DNA of 64,000 bases from an uncultured SAR86 cluster bacterium (lineage in GTDB: Bacteria > Pseudomonadota > Gammaproteobacteria > Magnimaribacterales > Magnimaribacteraceae), in the NCBI GenBank assembly GCA_902604855.1, contig CACLAF010000003.1:516-64515 (forward strand). The letters are read 5' to 3'. The translations under genes were made by a program, and so were the position numbers. The notes beneath the pieces are model-generated. The model was not told the DNA's origin. It saw only the letters and a program-made list of their open reading frames with translations, and did no database searches. Shown in pieces: positions 57,760-64,000 of this stretch; within the stretch, counting starts at the first letter, position 1; every line of letters starts with the position of its first letter.

Positions 57760-59844
57760 ATGACTGAAGAATCTAAAGATCTTCATTCAATCCAGGAACT
57801 GAAGGGCGTAGGTCCAAAAAGTGTAACCTCTCTCAATAATTTAGGAATATTTAATATTCCAGATGCCGCGTTTCATCTTCCCTTCCGTTATGAAGATAGG
57901 AGCTTTATAACTCCAATAAGTTCAGCAAATTATCAAACACCAGTTTTGATAGAAGGTGAGATTATGAAGTCCACAGTAGTCTTTAAAGGGCGAAGGATGC
58001 TCTTTTCGGAGATTTATGACGGTACCGGAAAACTGACTATGAGAATGTTCAATTTTGCAATGGCTCAACACAAAGCCTTAGAAAAAGGAAAGATGATTAG
58101 GTGTTATGGAAATATTACTCCAGGGCCTAATGGTAAACAAATGATTCACCCTCAATATCAAGTATTCAGTAAGGAAGATTCAATAGAAGTTGAAAAGAAT
58201 CTTACGCCGATATATCCAACAACTTCTGGGATGCAACAAAATAAACTCAAAAAGATTATTGAGAGCTCACTGATTTACTGTGATGAAAACAATCTGCTGA
58301 AGGAAGAATCGGAAAATAATGATTACTCTGAATTTGGTAATCTTCTAGAAACTTTAAAGTTTCTTCATAAGCCACCTGTAGAAACTAATCTTTACGAATT
58401 AATTGAAGGTAAGCATCCAGCTCAACAAAAACTAATAAAAGAGGAACTAGTTGCACATATGCTATGTGCAGGTATTTTAAAGAATGAACTTGAAGGAAGA
58501 AAAGGACCATCAATGGTAAAAAATTCAATCTATGAAAAAGATTTTTTTGACTCTCTACCTTTCAATTTAACAAATTCGCAAAGAAAAGTTTGGGATGAGA
58601 TAAAGGATGATATGTTGGCCATGGTTCCAATGAGAAGATTATTACAAGGTGATGTAGGATCAGGTAAGACAATCGTAGGAGCATTAGCTGCCCTTCTTGC
58701 TAAATCCAATGATTGGCAAACCGCAATTTTATGCCCTACTGAAATATTAGCTGAACAACACTTTTCCTCTTTTTCAGATTGGTTTGAGTCTCTAGGTATA
58801 AAAGTTAGTCTGCTGACAGGATCTACTAGAGCTAAAGATAAAGTACCATTAATTAGAGAACTAGCTGAAGGTAATATAGACATTCTTATCGGAACTCATG
58901 CCATATTCCAACAAGGAATTGAATTTAAGAATCTTGGCTTAACAGTTATAGATGAGCAGCACAGGTTTGGAGTTCATCAGAGATTTTCAATGTTAGAAAA
59001 GGGAGGAGAAACAAATCAGAGTCCACATCAATTAATTATGACCGCTACCCCAATTCCTAGAACTCTGGCAATGACGGTTTACGGCTCTCTAGAAACATCC
59101 ATAATAAATGAACTCCCGCCCGGTAGAAATCCAGTTCAAACGTCTTCGAGGCCTGATTCGCTTAGAGAAAAGGTCATCAAAAGAGTAGAAGAAGTTTGTT
59201 TAACTGGAAAAAGAGCTTATTGGGTTTGTACGTTAATTGAAGATTCTGAAGAGTTAGAAGCTCAATCAGCAGAAGAACTATACAAAGAGATCTCAAATTC
59301 GTTACCAAAAGTTAAGGTTGGGCTTGTGCATGGCAGGCTTAAGAAAGATCAAAAAGATTCAGTCATAGAAAAATTTAGGAATGGAGATATACAGCTTTTA
59401 GTTTGCACTACAGTTATTGAAGTAGGTGTAGATGTACCAGAGGCTACGCTAATGATTATAGAAAATCCGGAGAGATTAGGATTATCTCAGTTACATCAAT
59501 TAAGAGGTCGAGTGGGAAGAAAAGCTAATACTGATTCTCATTGTCTGCTTCTTTATAAAGAACCTCTTTCTGGTCTTGCTGAAGAAAGAATAAAGACTAT
59601 GGAATATACCAATGATGGTTTCAAAATAGCAGAGAAAGATTTGGAATTAAGAGGAGCTGGGGATATTTATGGTATTAGACAATCTGGTCTAATGGATCTG
59701 AAGATTGCAAATCCTATTAGAGACTCAAATCTATTGTTAGTTGCTCAAGAAGAAGCTATTGAACTAAGTAAAAATGAACAAGGGTTCGCTAAGACGCTTG
59801 TTGACAGATGGATAGGTAATAGAGTCGATTATTCTGATTCTTAA
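57760..59844 (+). CDS. recG: ATP-dependent DNA helicase RecG
   Basis: LLQGDVGSGKT, DEQHRFGV, TATPIPRT, QLHQLRGRVGR. Confidence 0.97.
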   Translation: MTEESKDLHSIQELKGVGPKSVTSLNNLGIFNIPDAAFHLPFRYEDRSFITPISSANYQTPVLIEGEIMKSTVVFKGRRMLFSEIYDGTGKLTMRMFNFAMAQHKALEKGKMIRCYGNITPGPNGKQMIHPQYQVFSKEDSIEVEKNLTPIYPTTSGMQQNKLKKIIESSLIYCDENNLLKEESENNDYSEFGNLLETLKFLHKPPVETNLYELIEGKHPAQQKLIKEELVAHMLCAGILKNELEGRKGPSMVKNSIYEKDFFDSLPFNLTNSQRKVWDEIKDDMLAMVPMRRLLQGDVGSGKTIVGALAALLAKSNDWQTAILCPTEILAEQHFSSFSDWFESLGIKVSLLTGSTRAKDKVPLIRELAEGNIDILIGTHAIFQQGIEFKNLGLTVIDEQHRFGVHQRFSMLEKGGETNQSPHQLIMTATPIPRTLAMTVYGSLETSIINELPPGRNPVQTSSRPDSLREKVIKRVEEVCLTGKRAYWVCTLIEDSEELEAQSAEELYKEISNSLPKVKVGLVHGRLKKDQKDSVIEKFRNGDIQLLVCTTVIEVGVDVPEATLMIIENPERLGLSQLHQLRGRVGRKANTDSHCLLLYKEPLSGLAEERIKTMEYTNDGFKIAEKDLELRGAGDIYGIRQSGLMDLKIANPIRDSNLLLVAQEEAIELSKNEQGFAKTLVDRWIGNRVDYSDS

Positions 59845-60776
59845 GAAGCTTTTCCTAATAAATAAAATTTCCTTTTGGGTGCAGGGTATCCCTCTATGGT
59901 GAGAGATTTGTTTTGCAAATTTAGTGCAGATTCAAATGATTTAAATGGCATCCACTTGGTACTTCTTTGCTCATTGTCATTCGTTACTGCTATATCGCTT
60001 TCAGCGTGAACTTGTAGACTAAGGTTTCTAAAAATCGACTTGCACCCATTATCTGTATGGACAAAATGAACATTTGGCATTGATGCATATTTTCCATTAG
60101 AAGGTTCTAGGGCTATACCAAATTCTTTTGGCGAAATAATTGTTTCAAGAACTAACTTTCCATTATCTGCTAGTAAATCTTTTAAGTTATTCAGGTGCTC
60201 AAAAGGATTTCTTTGGTGATACAAGAGACCCATACTAAATATCACATCGAATTTAGAATTTGCTAACCCAGACTCTTCTAAGCGCTCAGGTATCATCCTG
60301 ATCTTTTCAGAGTTAACAAAATGATTAATAGCAGAGAATTGTGAAACGTGTACCAGGTTAGGCTCTAAACAAAGAACTTTGTCTGCACCCATGCCTACCA
60401 TTCGAAAAGCATAGTATCCATTACCAGATCCAACATCAAGAATGGACTTACCATCTAAGTCAAGATTAAGTTTTTGAAATCTTTTCCATTTTTTAGCGGA
60501 GTCCCATTCACTATCAATAAATATATCATTTATTCTAAAAGGTCCCTTCCGCCATGGGATTAGTTCCAAAAGTAAGCGTTCTATTTCGTCATTGTCTTTA
60601 ATATCAAAATCTATATTAACCCCATTAATTAATTCCACTTCTTCATTTAGAGTAGAAGGTAATCTGCTTAATATTTCTAACCAACTTTCAATTCTTCTGT
60701 CTTTCTTATTACCAAATGGATTATTTTGATATTGGTAATACAATGCCTCTACTTCTTTAGAGATAAACATGCTCAC
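59841..60776 (-). CDS. cmoB: tRNA U34 carboxymethyltransferase
   Basis: PWRKGPF, IDSEW, LDVGSGNGYY, SMGLLYHQR, TIEGYPAPKR. Confidence 0.93.
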   Translation of the reverse strand: MSMFISKEVEALYYQYQNNPFGNKKDRRIESWLEILSRLPSTLNEEVELINGVNIDFDIKDNDEIERLLLELIPWRKGPFRINDIFIDSEWDSAKKWKRFQKLNLDLDGKSILDVGSGNGYYAFRMVGMGADKVLCLEPNLVHVSQFSAINHFVNSEKIRMIPERLEESGLANSKFDVIFSMGLLYHQRNPFEHLNNLKDLLADNGKLVLETIISPKEFGIALEPSNGKYASMPNVHFVHTDNGCKSIFRNLSLQVHAESDIAVTNDNEQRSTKWMPFKSFESALNLQNKSLTIEGYPAPKRKFYLLGKAS

Positions 60777-61495
60777 TTTGAAAATACAAAGGTCCTGAAA
60801 TTTAAATTAGATAAAATTTTCTCAGCCTTAGCAAAACCAGCTTTTCTTGCTCTTAAAATATGTTCTTCTTCACATTCGGTCTTTAGAACCCCTTCTAAAG
60901 AATCTCGTTTTCCAGAAATTTCTAAATCAGAGTAACCATTTGCTGATTTAAATAGATGATGTGTATTGATAATTCTTTGATTCTCAAATTTATTTTCATA
61001 ATGAACTTTCTCTGACAAAATTAAAATTCCATTCGGGATTAAGGCTTTAAATATTTTTTTGAATAGAATATCTCTTTCTTCCAAGTCCAAAAATTGAATG
61101 AGATAATTTACAACTATTAGAGAAGCATTCTGTAAATCAATTTCCATAATATCTTTATTTAAGAAAATTAATGAGCTAGGATTTTTATTGTTTTTAAATA
61201 TACGCTTGCACTCATCTATCATAGCCTCTGATTTATCAATCGCGATTATTTTAGCTTTGTTTGCGCCTTGAAGAATTGAAAAGCTAGAGGCTCCTAGAGA
61301 GCAACCAATGTCATAACAATTTGTATCATCCTTATAAAAATTTTTAGCATAATGGGTAATGATATTTAAACTAGTTTTATAGCCAGGAACAGATCTTTGT
61401 ATCATATCTTCAAAAACTTCTGCCACCTCTTCATTAAAGGTAAAGGACAAACCACTTAAATTGCCTTTTTCATAAATATTATCCTGCTTTCCCAT
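60773..61495 (-). CDS. cmoA: Carboxy-SAM synthase
   Basis: F.F.EEVAEVFEDMIQRSVPGY, YDIGCSLGA, FK.ANGYSDLEI..KR..LE. Confidence 0.94.
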   Translation of the reverse strand: MGKQDNIYEKGNLSGLSFTFNEEVAEVFEDMIQRSVPGYKTSLNIITHYAKNFYKDDTNCYDIGCSLGASSFSILQGANKAKIIAIDKSEAMIDECKRIFKNNKNPSSLIFLNKDIMEIDLQNASLIVVNYLIQFLDLEERDILFKKIFKALIPNGILILSEKVHYENKFENQRIINTHHLFKSANGYSDLEISGKRDSLEGVLKTECEEEHILRARKAGFAKAEKILSNLNFRTFVFSK

Positions 61496-61525
61496 AACAG
61501 CTATTGTAGAATCTAACCCCTTAAT

Positions 61526-61969
61526 ATGCCTAATTACTCTATAAAATCCCCTGAAAATAATGAAGAATGGGAAAGCTATCTCTTATTTAGATGGGAAGTA
61601 CTTAGAAAGCCTCTAGGTATGTCAAAAGAATCTCTAGCAGATTCCATAGAAGATAAAAGTTTTCATTTGATGGGAATAGATGAAAAGGAAAATGTAATCG
61701 CTTCAGGCAGAGTGCATTTCAATTCTGAGAATGAAGCTCAAATAAGATATATGGCCGTAGATAGTCGGTTTAAAAGGAGGGGTATAGGCTCAGAGATTGT
61801 TGATAAATTAGAAAAATATGCAACTTCTAAAGGAGCAGGAATTATGGTTTTGAATGCAAGAGAAGAGGCAATAAGTTTCTATTCAAATCTTGGTTACAAA
61901 GAGGTATGTCCATATCATTCTGATACAGGCATACCTCATAAAACTATGAAAAAAGGTCTTCTTATTTAA
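61526..61969 (+). CDS. GNAT family N-acetyltransferase
   Basis: RWEVLRKPLG, QIRYMAV...R.GIG, LNARE.A..FY..LGY. Confidence 0.88.
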   Translation: MPNYSIKSPENNEEWESYLLFRWEVLRKPLGMSKESLADSIEDKSFHLMGIDEKENVIASGRVHFNSENEAQIRYMAVDSRFKRRGIGSEIVDKLEKYATSKGAGIMVLNAREEAISFYSNLGYKEVCPYHSDTGIPHKTMKKGLLI

Positions 61970-63972
61970 AGCAAAGGAGCAATCACTAAACTTACAATTG
62001 CCATTACATTAATTAGAATGTTCATTGATGGTCCTGATGTGTCCTTGAAAGGATCTCCGACGGTGTCACCAACAACAGCTGCTGAATGAGTATCTGTTCC
62101 TTTGCCACCAAGGTTTCCTTTTTCAATGTACTTCTTAGCATTGTCCCAAGCACCCCCAGCATTCGCCATGAATAATGCCATAAGCACGCAAACTAGAAGA
62201 CCTCCCGCAAGCATTCCACCCAAAGCCTCAGCGCCAATTCCTAGTCCAACTAAAGGCGGTGCCGAAACAGCAATGACTCCAGGTAGGAGCATTTTCTTAA
62301 GTGCTGCTGCTGTTGCAATATCTACACATTTTGCAGTATCAGGCTCTGCATTACCTTCTAAAAGTCCTGGGATTTCTTTGAATTGTCTTCTTATTTCATT
62401 AATCATTTCAAAGGCGGCATCTCCAACAGCTGTCATAGTAATTGAAGCTATTAAGAAAGGTATTGCTCCTCCAATAAATATACCTATTAGTACTGTAGGG
62501 TTAGATAAAATAAGTTGAAGAGGCTCGGCTCTATTAGCAGAAACTGTTTCAACAAAAGCCGAGATTATTGCTAGCGCTGCCAAAGCAGCAGCTCCGATAG
62601 CGAAGCCCTTACCAATAGCAGCGGTAGTGTTACCTTGCTCATCTAATTCGTCTGTAATTACTCTAGTCTCAGAAGGCATACCTGCCATTTCTGCAATCCC
62701 TCCAGCATTATCTGCTACAGGTCCGTAAGCATCTATAGCCATGGTTATTCCTACAGTCGACAACATACCAACTGCGGCAATACCAACACCATAAAGGCCA
62801 GTTAATTCAGTTGAAATATAAATAATGAGAATAATGCAAGCTATAGGTAGGACCACAGATTGCATGCCTACTGAAAGTCCAGTGATCATTACAGTCGCAG
62901 AGCCAGTTTGGCCAGCTTCAGCGATCTTTATTACTGGGCTAGAGCCAGTATAATATTCCGTAATTAACCCAATAGCTATTCCACCTACTGAACCGCAGAC
63001 AACAGCCAACCAAACATCAAAACCATTAGTTCCAACCAAAGCATTAGTTAAGAAATAAGCCGCTATGATAAAAATAAATGGCGCACCCATAGTACCCCAT
63101 CTCATTGCATTTGCAGGTGAAGACTTTGAAAACAGTCTAACAATTACAATTCCTAGAATAGACGCTATCAATCCTATTGAAGCTAATGCCAAAGGTAAGA
63201 ACATCATTCCATCTTTGTCTGCTTGAGAAAATTCAGAGGTTATGAGATAAGTTGACGCTATTGCTATACAAGCCACCATAGAACCACAATAAGATTCAAA
63301 AATATCTGAGCCCATCCCAGCTATATCACCTACATTATCTCCGACATTATCAGCTATCACTCCAGGATTTCTTGGATCATCTTCCGGAATCCCAGCCTCT
63401 ACTTTGCCCACTAAATCTGCGCCTACATCAGCACTTTTGGTATAGATCCCTCCACCAACTCTTGAAAATAAAGCCACGATAGAAGCACCCATTGCAAATC
63501 CTTCAATTGAATGTGCATCACCACTTAATATATAAAAAAGCGTTCCCAGGCCAATCAATCCGAGTGAAGCTACACAAAGACCCATGATCGAACCGCCATA
63601 AAAAGCTACGGATAAAGCTGCTTCAGCACCGGAGTCAGAAGCAGCTGTTGCTGTTCTTACATTTGCCTTAGTAGCAGAGTACATACCTATCCAACCGGCC
63701 ACAGAGGAAGATAAGGCCCCTGCGAAAACAGCTATTGCTGTTCCTTCGCCCAAGGAAAACCATACTAAAGCTATAACTATTAATGCAAAAATGCTTAAGT
63801 AGGTATATTCGGTCTTCATAAAGGTCATTGCACCAAGATGTATTTGATCACCAATTTTCTTTACACTCTCATCTCCTTCAGGAAATCTAGTAACAACAAG
63901 ATATATACCCAAAGCAACTAATAAGCCCAAAACACCAAGCATTGGTGGTACTGCAAGATAACTTTCTAACAT
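61966..63972 (-). CDS. hppA: Membrane-integral pyrophosphatase, K+-dependent (probably Na+-translocating)
   Basis: [35 protein letters not shown] (Ala = K+-dependent clade), [15 protein letters not shown]. Confidence 0.95.
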   Translation of the reverse strand: MLESYLAVPPMLGVLGLLVALGIYLVVTRFPEGDESVKKIGDQIHLGAMTFMKTEYTYLSIFALIVIALVWFSLGEGTAIAVFAGALSSSVAGWIGMYSATKANVRTATAASDSGAEAALSVAFYGGSIMGLCVASLGLIGLGTLFYILSGDAHSIEGFAMGASIVALFSRVGGGIYTKSADVGADLVGKVEAGIPEDDPRNPGVIADNVGDNVGDIAGMGSDIFESYCGSMVACIAIASTYLITSEFSQADKDGMMFLPLALASIGLIASILGIVIVRLFSKSSPANAMRWGTMGAPFIFIIAAYFLTNALVGTNGFDVWLAVVCGSVGGIAIGLITEYYTGSSPVIKIAEAGQTGSATVMITGLSVGMQSVVLPIACIILIIYISTELTGLYGVGIAAVGMLSTVGITMAIDAYGPVADNAGGIAEMAGMPSETRVITDELDEQGNTTAAIGKGFAIGAAALAALAIISAFVETVSANRAEPLQLILSNPTVLIGIFIGGAIPFLIASITMTAVGDAAFEMINEIRRQFKEIPGLLEGNAEPDTAKCVDIATAAALKKMLLPGVIAVSAPPLVGLGIGAEALGGMLAGGLLVCVLMALFMANAGGAWDNAKKYIEKGNLGGKGTDTHSAAVVGDTVGDPFKDTSGPSMNILINVMAIVSLVIAPLL

Positions 63973-64000
63973 TATTTCTCCTCAAAAATATTGGAATTTC

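Noticed and set aside
1240-62518. Short ORFs nested in or antisense to recognised genes (e.g. 1240-1458, 1490-1702, 22454-22681, 24726-25124, 30033-30488, 44882-45181, 58530-58883, 62102-62518)
   Set aside because: Shadow frames of well-conserved genes, with no motifs or RBS.
1-64000. CRISPR array, rRNA, integrase, transposase, prophage genes or riboswitches
   Set aside because: No regularly spaced repeats or recognisable motifs found by eye, and intergenic spaces are mostly too short. A covariance-model scan could still find small RNAs.

Overview
AT-rich (roughly one-third GC by eye), very tightly packed chromosome segment of a streamlined marine-type gammaproteobacterium. SAR86-like is my inference from gene content, compaction and Pseudomonas-like synteny; it is not proven. 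About 1-22.2 kb is an accessory region running out from the 3' end of tRNA-Ile2(CAT), with a second tRNA, Lys(CTT), inside it. It carries an acylase, an NMT1/THI5-like protein, photolyase-DUF3429, an EcKinase-like kinase plus histidine phosphatase pair, a GH5-like hydrolase, an HNH nuclease, a zigA-DUF1826-DUF411 metal module, a four-gene fatty-acid modification operon resembling the furan fatty acid (ufa) pathway, and several orphan secreted or lipoproteins. About 22.2-64 kb is core genome: rpoD/dnaG, gshB, fis-purHD, coq7, trpEGDC, amgK-murU, lptD-surA-pdxA-rsmA-apaH-cca, fol genes, tsaD, rpsU, gmk-rpoZ-spoT-recG, cmoAB and a membrane pyrophosphatase. One catabolic insert (LvaA/ACAD10-like kinase, two MaoC proteins, spinster-like MFS) sits within the core. 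The best candidate for an undescribed system is a stack of integrase-less, single-lipoprotein mini-cassettes at the tRNA-Ile2 3' end, delimited by progressively decayed tRNA-half repeats. No CRISPR array, rRNA, integrase or transposase was recognised.
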